From IMG/VR virus record IMGVR_UViG_3300042975_000105, positions 3,692-67,691 of that record: a DNA stretch of 64,000 bases. The stretch is one strand, 5' to 3'. The position numbers and the translations under genes are program-made. The DNA comes from a virus. Taxonomy: Duplodnaviria; Caudoviricetes. The stretch's first letter is position 1, and each line of letters begins with the position of its first letter. A model generated the notes under the pieces. That model was given only the letters and a program-made list of their open reading frames with translations. It was not told where the DNA came from and made no database searches. Shown one piece after another: positions 49,784 to 58,817 of the stretch.

Positions 49784-50663
49784 ATTAATCAATGATAATT
49801 GTTTCTCTTGGATGAACAATCGAGAAGAGAATTCGATTACTGCAATAGTTACAGATCCACCATATGGGGTGAAAGAGTATACGAAAGAAGAATTGGAAAA
49901 AAAGAGGAATGCATCTGGAGGTATATGGCGAATTCCGCCAGCCTTTGATGGCCGAAAAAGGAATCCACTGCCAAGGTTTTCTGTCATTAATGATAGTCCA
50001 TTAGAAAGGGAAAATGTATATAATTTCTTTTTCACATGGGGGCAACTTGCCTTGAAAATTCTCGTTCCCGGGGGACATATATTTATTGCATCTACACCTT
50101 TATTATCCGACATAGTTAGTCAGGCTTTACGAAATGCTGGTTTAGAACGACGTGGAGAAATTGTTAGAGTCGTAAAAACTTTTAGAGGTGGAGATCGCCC
50201 CAAAGGCGCAGAAAAAGAGTTTTCCATGACAACAGTTATCCCTCGTGGATGTTGGGAACCCTGGGGACTTTACAGAAAGCCACTTTCTGAAAGAACTGTT
50301 GCTAAAAACTTAAACCATTGGAAGGCTGGTGCCTTACGTCGGAAATCGATTGACACACCTTTTTGTGATTTAATCGAGAGTGGAAAAACGCCACAGTGTG
50401 AACGTAAAATTTCAAATCATCCTAGTTTAAAGCCTCAAGATTTTATGAGAGCTCTTGTATCTGCAGCATTACCCTTACAAGAAGGAATTATCTTAGACCC
50501 ATTCTGCGGAGGAGGCTCCACTATTGCGGCGGCAGAAGCTCTTGGTTTTAATAGTATAGGTATTGAGCAAGATAAAAATTTCTATCAAATAGCCCAAAAT
50601 GCAGTTCCCCGCTTATCCAGACTTTATCCCAAAAACGAACAATTATTATTTGAAAAAAGGTGA
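49764..50663 (+). CDS. N4/N6 DNA methyltransferase, beta class (type II R-M)
   Basis: TDPPY precedes HPSLKP and DPFCGGGST. Confidence 0.9.
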   Translation: MVQMTYKLINDNCFSWMNNREENSITAIVTDPPYGVKEYTKEELEKKRNASGGIWRIPPAFDGRKRNPLPRFSVINDSPLERENVYNFFFTWGQLALKILVPGGHIFIASTPLLSDIVSQALRNAGLERRGEIVRVVKTFRGGDRPKGAEKEFSMTTVIPRGCWEPWGLYRKPLSERTVAKNLNHWKAGALRRKSIDTPFCDLIESGKTPQCERKISNHPSLKPQDFMRALVSAALPLQEGIILDPFCGGGSTIAAAEALGFNSIGIEQDKNFYQIAQNAVPRLSRLYPKNEQLLFEKR

Positions 50664-51290
50664 ATACGGAGGTATTGGTAAAATATTTTTAAGTTTATTG
50701 CGTGTACTCTTAAGTTGCTTACTATATTTAATTATATTGGTATTTATATATACTGCTCCGTCGCGTAATTTATTAGTTCCAATCGAATTAGTAACGTAGG
50801 TTTCGGTACGCTGACTATTATTGCTATTTCTTTTACTCTTACAATATACCCAATCTGATATGCCTTCGCCTAATTCATATCCATTAATATTTGCAATTAA
50901 AGCTTGTATAAATTCAATGTTTCCATCATTCAGAATGGTATAACAAACTATGATATGCCATCCTGTATGACCGTTATGACTTTCACCACCTTTTTTATAG
51001 TTAATACATGCTTTTACTTCAAGCCCTATGTTTTTTTCTGCATACATTAAATCGGGGTATTCTTGGTCACTATATGGCTTATAGAGGCTATGTTCTCCCA
51101 TATAATGAGTAAATAAATTCGAAACTACACCACTAAAATTATTTTTTTGTATTAGTTGGGATAGCTTTATCCCGGTCTTACTATTTATCGTCTTGAAGAA
51201 ATTTTGGGTATCTTCCATAGCTAAAAAGATACTTTCTTTTGTTAAATCTTCTGGCAATAAAACATCTCTTAAATATTTTCTTTCAAGCAT
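50646..51290 (-). CDS. Putative type II restriction endonuclease, PD-(D/E)xK fold
   Basis: YPDL...GLEVKA; convergent with and overlapping the MTase by 18 bp. Confidence 0.7.
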   Translation of the reverse strand: MLERKYLRDVLLPEDLTKESIFLAMEDTQNFFKTINSKTGIKLSQLIQKNNFSGVVSNLFTHYMGEHSLYKPYSDQEYPDLMYAEKNIGLEVKACINYKKGGESHNGHTGWHIIVCYTILNDGNIEFIQALIANINGYELGEGISDWVYCKSKRNSNNSQRTETYVTNSIGTNKLRDGAVYINTNIIKYSKQLKSTRNKLKNILPIPPYSPFFK

Positions 51291-51343
51291 ATACTAATCT
51301 CCTATCTAACGCATCTTACGATAATATATTTTTAGTATAACAC

Positions 51344-51389
51344 AAAAATCCGGTACGGAACATCCTTCCCGATGCCCCGTACCGGATTT
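51344..51389 (-). terminator. Long hairpin terminator closing the late operon
   Basis: AAATCCGGTACGG / CCGTACCGGATTT perfect 13-bp stem plus T-run on the minus strand. Confidence 0.8.
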
Positions 51390-51391
51390 GC

Positions 51392-51514
51392 TCATGCAAT
51401 CTTCTGTTTTACATCAGCCACAATGGCTTTGACTGCCTGCTGCATCAGGGTAATGTAGAGGCGGTTGCGGATTTTGACCCACCAACTGGTGGTGGTCTTG
51501 ATTTCGGCATCCAG
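51392..51514 (-). pseudogene. 3' remnant of a terminal late (lysis-region) gene
   Basis: LDAEIKTTTSWWVKIRNRLYITLMQQAVKAIVADVKQKIA* with no start codon, ending just before the terminator. Confidence 0.6.
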
Positions 51515-52422
51515 CGGATTGCCTGCTTGACCCATTGGTTCAGGCGCAATTGTCTAAATGCATTCTCCTCGGCGGGGTTCTGTCTGGCGGATTCACAGGC
51601 CGCCTCGACCTTGTCCATGCCGACCGTAATGCCGAGCGAGGGATTGGCTTTCTTCCACACCTTGACATCCGTCCAGTCGTCGGTATCCTTGGCCCCGTAT
51701 ATCACCGGATAGAAGGTGGCATCAATCTTCCGGCCTGCGATAATATCCAGTGCCTTTTGATGGGTTTCATAGCAAATGGAATGGGTGTCCGTTCCGGCGG
51801 TCGTAATAAGGAAATACAACGGCTGCGTCCGGGCATCGCCGGAGCCTTTAGTCATGACATCAAACAGTTTTCGGTTCGGCTGCGTGTGCAGCTCATCGAA
51901 AATCACGCCGCTTACGTTAAAACCGTGCTTGCTGTAGGCATCGGCGGATAATACCTGATAAAAACTGTGCGTGGGAAGGTAGATGATCCGCTTCTGCGAA
52001 GCCAAGAGCTTTACGCGCTTGGATAAGGCCGGACACATCCGCACCATATCCGCCGCCACTTCAAACACAATGGATGCCTGCTGGCGGTCGGCGGCGCAGC
52101 CATACACTTCGGCGCGTTGCTCCCCGTCACCGCAGCATAAGAGGAGTGCTACCGCTGCCGCCAGTTCCGACTTGCCCTGCTTCTTGGGAATCTCAATGTA
52201 GGCGGTATTGAACTGCCGGTAGCCGTTCGGCTTTAAAATGCCGAACACATCACGGATGATCTGTTCCTGCCAGTCGATCAGTTCGAACGGCTTCCCGGCC
52301 CAGGTGCCCTTGGTATGGCAGAGACATTCGATAAAGGACACGGCATAGTCCGCCATGGTCTTGTTGTATTTGGAATCCTTGGCCCTGAACTTCGTAGATC
52401 GATAGCGTTTCAACTTCCGCAA
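51445..52422 (-). pseudogene. terL: Truncated terminase large subunit (ATPase only, no intein)
   Basis: EIPKKQGKS and VIFDELH present; terminase sequence ends at IRWMP (~51505); nuclease domain missing. Confidence 0.92.
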
Positions 52423-52514
52423 GCAGCGTCACCTCCTTTGCGGCAACAAAAAAGACCGCCGAAGTGGGCAGTCTTGATATACATATGATATTGTGTGATT
52501 ATTTCTTCCTGATT

Positions 52515-53198
52515 TTACCCGGATATTTCATCATGAGGTTGTTCTTTTTTGCCATTTTTAAAGGCTGAAGAACCGGAAAGGTGCTGCAGGAGCAGCTTCC
52601 GTTCGTCCTTGTATTCTTTGCCGATAAAGCCAAGCCGGAGCAGAAAGCAGCGGAAATCGTATTTCTCGTTGGTGGATGGGTGCTCCGTTGCCAATACGCG
52701 TTTCTGCTTTTTAGCCAGATGGCAGAGCGCCGTAATGAAATGGGTGCAGGCTTTGACCGTATCGGCATCCGGGCAGCCGGTAAACCAGGGGAATAACACT
52801 TTATCCTCTGTTACCTGCATACGCAGCACATCAGTTTGGAAAACTTTTAACATGAGGTTGCTCTTGGCCTGAATCAGCTTCTTCAGGTTTTCCAGTGCCG
52901 TATCGGTGAAGAAAGAGCGCGGCATGGCAATCACCAAGTCGTCAGGTTCTTTGGTAAGATTATTTGATTCCTCGGCGGTAAATCCTGCTTTTTCCAAACC
53001 GGCCAGCACCGTTTGGACAATCTTGCTATCAGTATCTGCTTCGTAGAGTAGGTTTCCGTCCTTGTCGACGGTGAAAGCGCCGATAGCATAGGCGCAGGTT
53101 GGCATGAATTGGTAGACCGCCTTTTCTCTGGTAATAGTGCTGACGGCATTGGCCAGTTCCTTACGTGTTTTTCCTTGTGCATGGTACAAAATTTTCAT
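52515..53198 (-). CDS. Conserved phage protein, homolog of 19431-20225
   Basis: NEKYDFRCFLLRLGFIG..YK..RK.LL..LSGSSAFK. Confidence 0.7.
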   Translation of the reverse strand: MKILYHAQGKTRKELANAVSTITREKAVYQFMPTCAYAIGAFTVDKDGNLLYEADTDSKIVQTVLAGLEKAGFTAEESNNLTKEPDDLVIAMPRSFFTDTALENLKKLIQAKSNLMLKVFQTDVLRMQVTEDKVLFPWFTGCPDADTVKACTHFITALCHLAKKQKRVLATEHPSTNEKYDFRCFLLRLGFIGKEYKDERKLLLQHLSGSSAFKNGKKEQPHDEISG

Positions 53199-53231
53199 AG
53201 TAGTAAACCCCTTTCGTTTTTGTCATGTACA

Positions 53232-53261
53232 TATATCACTCTAACCGGCAATTATAGCAAG
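53232..53261 (-). promoter_or_regulatory. CTTGCTA-N12-AGAGTGATATA motif copy
   Basis: Same position (upstream of the homologous gene) as the 20258 copy. Confidence 0.65.
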
Positions 53262-53286
53262 GGGTTTGTACCATAATTTGTACAGA

Positions 53287-53562
53287 TTATTCTTGTACTG
53301 CCGCCATTTTACCGAGCAGTTTTCCAGTCAGCCACAAGCCGCCATCAATCAGCGTCGGCAGGAAGCATTGATCGCGGAACTTGCTCCAACCGGTTTCCTT
53401 GCCAGCAGATTCCTGCAACGCGGCTGTGTAGGCATCCGCTACTTCTTTGGCTGCCGGAAGCACCGTTGTATTCAGCCAGGAAATGGTGGCGTTCTTGGCA
53501 TCTTCCTGTACTGAATCCAGAACGTGTTCCTTGAGTTCGTTCTTAATTGTTTCGATATCCAT
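53287..53562 (-). CDS. Small protein following the amidase
   Basis: RBS GAAGGGAG; ETGWSKFRDQCFL resembles the TTSWWVKIRNRLY remnant at 51392. Confidence 0.65.
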   Translation of the reverse strand: MDIETIKNELKEHVLDSVQEDAKNATISWLNTTVLPAAKEVADAYTAALQESAGKETGWSKFRDQCFLPTLIDGGLWLTGKLLGKMAAVQE

Positions 53563-53563
53563 A

Positions 53564-54112
53564 TTAGCATCTCCCTTCAAAATCTGTTATGCCGCGGGCA
53601 ATCGCCCGGGCGAAATCATCCGTGTTATTCGTGAGCAGCACGGCATCATCGTCGTTATCAATAAAAGCTGTTTCTACTAAGACAGCGGTCATCGTGGTGT
53701 CCTTCAGCACGATGAGGTTGGGCCGTTCCTTCAGGCCGCGATCCACCGTGTCAAGACTTTGCACGATCTGCGACTGGATGCAGGCGGCAAGCTGTGGGGA
53801 CGAGCCGCTGTCGTTAGTATAGACCAGCGTTTCCGTACCGCGGGCGCAGCCGCTGTCGGCATTGCAATGCAAACTGACGAATACATCGGCAGGCCAGGTG
53901 TTTGCCGTATCCACCACGCAGGGCAGATCCGGTGTCTCTCCAGCCAAATTATCGCTTTGCAATAATTTTACCTCGCAGCCTGCCGTCTCCAAGTACCCTT
54001 TCACTAATTCCCCAATCGTAGCAACCACATCACATTCCCGCAGTCCGGTGTCGGGATTCACAGCGCCGCTGTCCCGTTCCCGGTCATGCCCGGGGTTGAT
54101 ACATACACGCAT
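53564..54112 (-). CDS. N-acetylmuramoyl-L-alanine amidase (Amidase_3)
   Basis: INPGH, GLRE, FVSLHCNA, AVLVETAFIDN. Confidence 0.92.
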   Translation of the reverse strand: MRVCINPGHDRERDSGAVNPDTGLRECDVVATIGELVKGYLETAGCEVKLLQSDNLAGETPDLPCVVDTANTWPADVFVSLHCNADSGCARGTETLVYTNDSGSSPQLAACIQSQIVQSLDTVDRGLKERPNLIVLKDTTMTAVLVETAFIDNDDDAVLLTNNTDDFARAIARGITDFEGRC

Positions 54113-55341
54113 TATGTTGCCTCCACTTCAGTATAGGTATAGGTCTTTCCATTCCGTGTCACGGTTACCTGCTCGCTTGAGCCGACCTGCTCGATATACC
54201 GTTTCACAATGACGTCGCAGAATTTTTCATCGAGCTCCACCATGTAGCAGCGTCGTTTCGTCTGTTCGCAGGCCAACAGCGTCGAACCGCTGCCGCCGAA
54301 TGGATCCAGCACGGTGCAGCCGGTCATGCTGGAATTTAGGATGGGATAGGCCAACAGCGGGATCGGTTTCATCGTGGGATGGTCCGTATTCTTTTTCGGC
54401 TTATCAAACTCCCAGATAGTGGATTCCTTCCGTCCGGTGTACCATTCATGCTTTCCTTTCTTCTTCCAGCCGTAAAGCACTGGTTCATGCTGCCATTGGT
54501 AAGGCGAGCGTCCCAGCACCAGCGACTGCTTCTTCCAGATGCAGCAGCCGGATAAATAAAAACCGGCATCCGAGAAGGCTTTCCTAAAGTTAAGTCCCTC
54601 GGTGTCGGCGTGGAATACATAGATGCTGGCATCCTCTGCCATGACGGTGTGCATGCAGGAAAACGCATCATATAAGAATTGGTAGAACTTGTCGTCCTGC
54701 AGGTGATCGTTCTTGATTTTTCCGGCCCGGCCTTCGTAGTTGACATTATATGGCGGATCAGTGACCACCAGATTGACCGGTGTTCCCTGCAGTAATCGCT
54801 GGTATGTTTCCGGCTGGGTGCTGTCGCCGCAGAGCAGGCGATGGATTCCCAACTGCCACACATCACCGGCCTTGGAGAATACCGGTTTCTTAAGCTCGGC
54901 ATCCACATCAAAATCATCATCATGTACACCATCCTTTATATCGGCCTTGAACAGGTCGTCCAATTCTGCCGGATCAAACCCGGTAAGCGACACATCAAAG
55001 TCGCTGCCCTGTAGATCGGTAATGAGCAGCGCTAATTTATCCGTATCCCAATCGCCGCTGATTTTATTAAGGGCGATGTTTAGGGCTTTTTCCTTTTCGG
55101 TGTCCATGTCGATTACAACGCAGTCGATTTCCGAGATGCCTTCCTGCTGGAGCACCTTTAGGCGCTGGTGGCCGCCGACCACGTTGCCGGTACGCTTGTT
55201 CCAAATGACCGGCTCGACGTAACCGAACTCGTCCAGCGAGCGTTTCAGCTTTTCGTACTCCGGGTCGCCCGGCTGCAAATCCTTTCTCGGATTATAGGCT
55301 GCCGGGATGAGGTCTTGTATGTTCTTTTTAATCAGTTCCAT
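54112..55341 (-). CDS. ParB-domain N4/N6 DNA methyltransferase
   Basis: LIPAAYNPRKDL, TDPPYNV, DPFGGSGST; closely similar to 21795-23045. Confidence 0.92.
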   Translation of the reverse strand: MELIKKNIQDLIPAAYNPRKDLQPGDPEYEKLKRSLDEFGYVEPVIWNKRTGNVVGGHQRLKVLQQEGISEIDCVVIDMDTEKEKALNIALNKISGDWDTDKLALLITDLQGSDFDVSLTGFDPAELDDLFKADIKDGVHDDDFDVDAELKKPVFSKAGDVWQLGIHRLLCGDSTQPETYQRLLQGTPVNLVVTDPPYNVNYEGRAGKIKNDHLQDDKFYQFLYDAFSCMHTVMAEDASIYVFHADTEGLNFRKAFSDAGFYLSGCCIWKKQSLVLGRSPYQWQHEPVLYGWKKKGKHEWYTGRKESTIWEFDKPKKNTDHPTMKPIPLLAYPILNSSMTGCTVLDPFGGSGSTLLACEQTKRRCYMVELDEKFCDVIVKRYIEQVGSSEQVTVTRNGKTYTYTEVEAT

Positions 55342-55343
55342 AG

Positions 55344-55910
55344 TTATTTTCCTTTCCGTGACTGCAGCAGGTGTTCCATTAGGTTATCCTGTGGGGTACC
55401 TACGAAAGTCGCCGTACAGTTTTGCTTGACGATATCGAAAATCTCGTACCAGAGCAGGTTCGCCTGTTTTTGAAATGATTGGCTCATCTGCACAAACGGA
55501 CTGGTAATGGCACCGCCGGTCGTGGGGTGCTTGCCAAGCAGTCCATAGGTGCTGATGGCTTCCTCGCACTGGATATACCGGGCGAATGCCTGGGCATAGG
55601 CTTCCAGCAGTCGGGGATTGACGAGTCGTTCGCAGCCGCGGTCCTTCAGCCATTTCCAGGTCTGGCGGAACAAGTCGTCGGCACCAAGCGGCTTGCCGTC
55701 CCGCTGCCGGGCAGACAAATAGTCGCTGGGATTCGGTATGTCCTCGCCGGTGAGATCTGCGGCATCATTTAAATCGGCGCCTTCTAAGATGGGCGTCGGC
55801 AGGTCGATAATGGTGGCTGTCTTTCCCTTGGCGATTTTATCGGCCAGCGCCTCCGGCTTGTCCCCGGCGCGGATCCGTCTGCCGCCGCGATTGGTTCCGT
55901 CCTTGGCCAT
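55344..55910 (-). CDS. terS: Terminase small subunit, P27-like
   Basis: DGTNRGGRRIRAG.K, GLLGKHPTTGGAITSPFVQMS; follows the HNH/cos region. Confidence 0.75.
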   Translation of the reverse strand: MAKDGTNRGGRRIRAGDKPEALADKIAKGKTATIIDLPTPILEGADLNDAADLTGEDIPNPSDYLSARQRDGKPLGADDLFRQTWKWLKDRGCERLVNPRLLEAYAQAFARYIQCEEAISTYGLLGKHPTTGGAITSPFVQMSQSFQKQANLLWYEIFDIVKQNCTATFVGTPQDNLMEHLLQSRKGK

Positions 55911-55929
55911 GGCTGTTCAACTCCTTTCC

Positions 55930-56035
55930 CATGCGGTAAATCCCCCGTTTGAACCGCAATTTTTGTGCGCGTGACCCCAGCACCGGTCTAGCATTTCGGC
56001 GCGCCAGCGATTTTGACCGCCCCTCCTGGCGAAGC
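55930..56035 (-). other. Putative cos/packaging-site region of element 2
   Basis: Non-coding tract between HNH and terS with the same layout as 23290-23395. Confidence 0.45.
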
Positions 56036-56039
56036 GTAG

Positions 56040-56420
56040 TCACTCATAGCGGTATTCCTTTTTGGCATGATGCCAGCGGTCGTCCATCTCGGCGGTTATC
56101 TTCGAGTGGCACGGCTTGCATAATGCCATAAGGTTATCCTCGTCATGGGTGCCGCCGCGGGAGAGGGGACGGATATGGTGCACCTCCGTTGCCGGAGTGG
56201 TCTTGTGGTTCTTCAGACACATCTCGCATAAGGGGTGTTTTCCGATGTACCGGTCCCGGATGCGCTTCCATGCTCTGCCGTATCGTTTCTTGACGACAGG
56301 GTTGCGCTCGTACGTGTCATAACGTTTGTCCATTAATTTTTGGTGCTGCTCGCAGTACCGGTTCACGGTCAGCTCCTTGCAGCCGGGGTAGGCACACGGT
56401 TTCTTTGGTTTCCAAGGCAC
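56040..56420 (-). CDS. Packaging-associated HNH endonuclease
   Basis: PCAYPGC, LCEMC...EVHHIRPLS.GG....NLMALCKPCH. Confidence 0.92.
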   Translation of the reverse strand: MPWKPKKPCAYPGCKELTVNRYCEQHQKLMDKRYDTYERNPVVKKRYGRAWKRIRDRYIGKHPLCEMCLKNHKTTPATEVHHIRPLSRGGTHDEDNLMALCKPCHSKITAEMDDRWHHAKKEYRYE

Positions 56421-56541
56421 AATGTTCATCTCCAGACATAGCAAAAGCCTCCAAAGGATTGCTCCCTCGAAGGCTTCTCTCACACTTTCATGCTATTAGT
56501 ATACCACGCAAAACAGGCAAATGCGTCCGCGATTTTGGACA

Positions 56542-57000
56542 TCATGTCTTTCCAAACAAAAGGATGGCAAACTTATCCAATGCACGATTCTTCCTTTTGT
56601 AGGCAGACGATCGTTCGATGTGAAAATGATCGGCTATGGCATAGACGGCACCCGTTTGTGCATCCTCATCGGCATAAAAGGTTTCCAGTACATACTGCTC
56701 GTCACTGCTTAACTTCTCCCATGCAGGACGGAACCACGCCATGTATTCGATAGCCTGCCGGTACCGTTCCTTTAAGATGTCAATGTCTGCCAAGCCGGAG
56801 ATGATATGTTCTTCTGCTGCATGCGGGTTGCAGGAGTGCGGCATCCCATCGAAGCCGGACGGGTGCAGGCTGGTCATGGCAGCATATGCCTGTTTGATAT
56901 CCTCACTGGTGTTTTCGATAATAAAGTTCATGCTGTCGTAATCCCGGATGGCATCAATAGCACCGCTTCGTTTATTCAGATACTTCCAGATAACACTCAT
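56542..57000 (-). CDS. ArpU/DUF1492-like late regulator
   Basis: W..LS.DEQYVL..FY...IA....IERSSAYKRKNRAL HTH. Confidence 0.72.
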   Translation of the reverse strand: MSVIWKYLNKRSGAIDAIRDYDSMNFIIENTSEDIKQAYAAMTSLHPSGFDGMPHSCNPHAAEEHIISGLADIDILKERYRQAIEYMAWFRPAWEKLSSDEQYVLETFYADEDAQTGAVYAIADHFHIERSSAYKRKNRALDKFAILLFGKT

Positions 57001-58352
57001 AGGCTTCCTCCTCGTAAGCTAGCCCGGACTGCATCAATCAGTGCAGCCTGGGTCTTGTTTTTTTCTTTCAGGGCCTTTAGGATGCGTCCATCGATGGTCC
57101 CTTTCGTGATGATATGCTGAATGACGACGGTTCCAGATGTCTGCCCCTGCCGCCAGAGCCTGGCATTGGTCTGCTGGTACAACTCCAGACTCCATGTTAG
57201 TCCGAACCAAACAAGCGTGGAGCCGCCCTGCTGCAGGTTGAGTCCATGTCCGGCGGATGCCGGATGAATAACCGCAACAGGAATCGTCCCTGCATTCCAA
57301 TCCGCTATATCCTGCGAAGTCTTGATTTCCCGCACGGTAAATCGCTGCCGGATCCGTGTCAGGTCATGCCTGAACCAATAGGCCACCAGCACCGGCTTGC
57401 CGTTGGCGCTTTCGAGGATATCCTCCAACGCATCCAGTTTACGGTCATGAATGGGAATCACCGTCCCGTCATCAGAATAGATCGCACCGTTTGCCATCTG
57501 GGAAAGTTTCATCGTGAGGGATGCCGCATTGGCGACGGTAACATCGCCGTCCGGCAGCTGCAGCACCAGATCCTTCTTCAGTTCTTCGTACCGTTTACGT
57601 TCCGCATCAGATAACTGCACTTCATACTGGCTGCTAATGAGTTCCGGCATAGACAGGTGATCCGTGGATTTCATGGAAATAGAAATATCCGATATTTTTC
57701 TGTATATCTCGTTCTCAGCTCCCGGCAGCGGTCTGTAGCTGAAAACGACCTGCCCGTTCCGCTTGTCCGGAGTAAAGTAGGTGCTGCGGTACTGCCCGAT
57801 GAATCTGCCAAGCCGCTTCCCCATATCCAACAACTTGAACTCGGCAAATAAATCTATCAGACCGTTGCTGGAAGGAGTACCTGTCAGTCCCACCATCCTT
57901 TTTACCTTCGGTCTTGCCTTCATCAGTGCCTTGAACCGCTTGGACTGGTAATTCTTGAAGGACGACAACTCATCCACAACCACCATGTCAAAATCAAAGG
58001 GGATCCCGCTTTTCTCAATCAGCCACTGCACGTTCTCACGGTTGATGATATAAATATCCGCCTGTGCTTTCAGTGCCGACAGTCGTTCCGTCTCTGTACC
58101 CACTGCCACGGTATATTGCAATCGATGTAGATGATCCCAATGCTGTATTTCATTTGCCCATACGGCTCCCACACGCAGCGGGCATATTACTAAAACGCGA
58201 TGAACCTCAAAGCTGTCAAATAAAAGGTCTTGGATTGCCGTCAGCGCGATACTTGTTTTGCCAAGACCCATATCCAACAGGACCGCTGCCGTCGGATGGC
58301 TTTCGATATAAGAAATGGCATATTGTTGGTACTCATGAGGCTTGTATTGCAT
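56997..58352 (-). CDS. SNF2-family helicase
   Basis: DMGLGKT, DELSSFK, GHGLNLQ; homolog of 25370-26740. Confidence 0.92.
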   Translation of the reverse strand: MQYKPHEYQQYAISYIESHPTAAVLLDMGLGKTSIALTAIQDLLFDSFEVHRVLVICPLRVGAVWANEIQHWDHLHRLQYTVAVGTETERLSALKAQADIYIINRENVQWLIEKSGIPFDFDMVVVDELSSFKNYQSKRFKALMKARPKVKRMVGLTGTPSSNGLIDLFAEFKLLDMGKRLGRFIGQYRSTYFTPDKRNGQVVFSYRPLPGAENEIYRKISDISISMKSTDHLSMPELISSQYEVQLSDAERKRYEELKKDLVLQLPDGDVTVANAASLTMKLSQMANGAIYSDDGTVIPIHDRKLDALEDILESANGKPVLVAYWFRHDLTRIRQRFTVREIKTSQDIADWNAGTIPVAVIHPASAGHGLNLQQGGSTLVWFGLTWSLELYQQTNARLWRQGQTSGTVVIQHIITKGTIDGRILKALKEKNKTQAALIDAVRASLRGGSL

Positions 58353-58614
58353 CCAGCATCCCCCCAATCTGGTCTGCATTGTCAATAATATAAACTTGAA
58401 ATCCTAACTTCCGCAGCAGACGATGCCTCGCCAGTTGAAGAGGACGCGGCTTCTTTCCCGGCGCTTTTACTTCCACAAAGGCTATCCTGCCACCCGGCAA
58501 TAATACCAACCGGTCCGGCATCCCATCAAGGCCTGGACTGACAAATTTCAGTGCCACGCCGCCTGTTTTCTTTACTGCTGCTGCGAGTTTCCGTTCAATG
58601 ATTTTTTCTCGCAT
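58333..58614 (-). CDS. VRR-NUC nuclease
   Basis: KFVSPG..GMPDRL...FVEVKAPGKKPRPLQ. Confidence 0.92.
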   Translation of the reverse strand: MREKIIERKLAAAVKKTGGVALKFVSPGLDGMPDRLVLLPGGRIAFVEVKAPGKKPRPLQLARHRLLRKLGFQVYIIDNADQIGGMLDAIQAS

Positions 58615-58656
58615 TTCATATACTCCTTCTCCTGTCATCATTGAAAGTCTTCCTAT

Positions 58657-58816
58657 TTTTGTCCTTTTTGTCACACTGTCCTATAGCGTGTACGAATGAA
58701 AATATAAATATAAATATAAGTAAAAATATGTATCTATATGTATCTGTTACTATAAGGACACATATACCCATATATTTACATACGGTATAGGGACAGAAAG
58801 GACAAAAAGGACAAAA
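58657..58816. other. Putative replication origin of element 2
   Basis: Perfect 16-bp inverted repeat TTTTGTCCTTTTTGTC (58657-58672) / GACAAAAAGGACAAAA (58801-58816) around a very AT-rich core, directly after the primase gene. Confidence 0.6.
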
Positions 58817-58817
58817 G

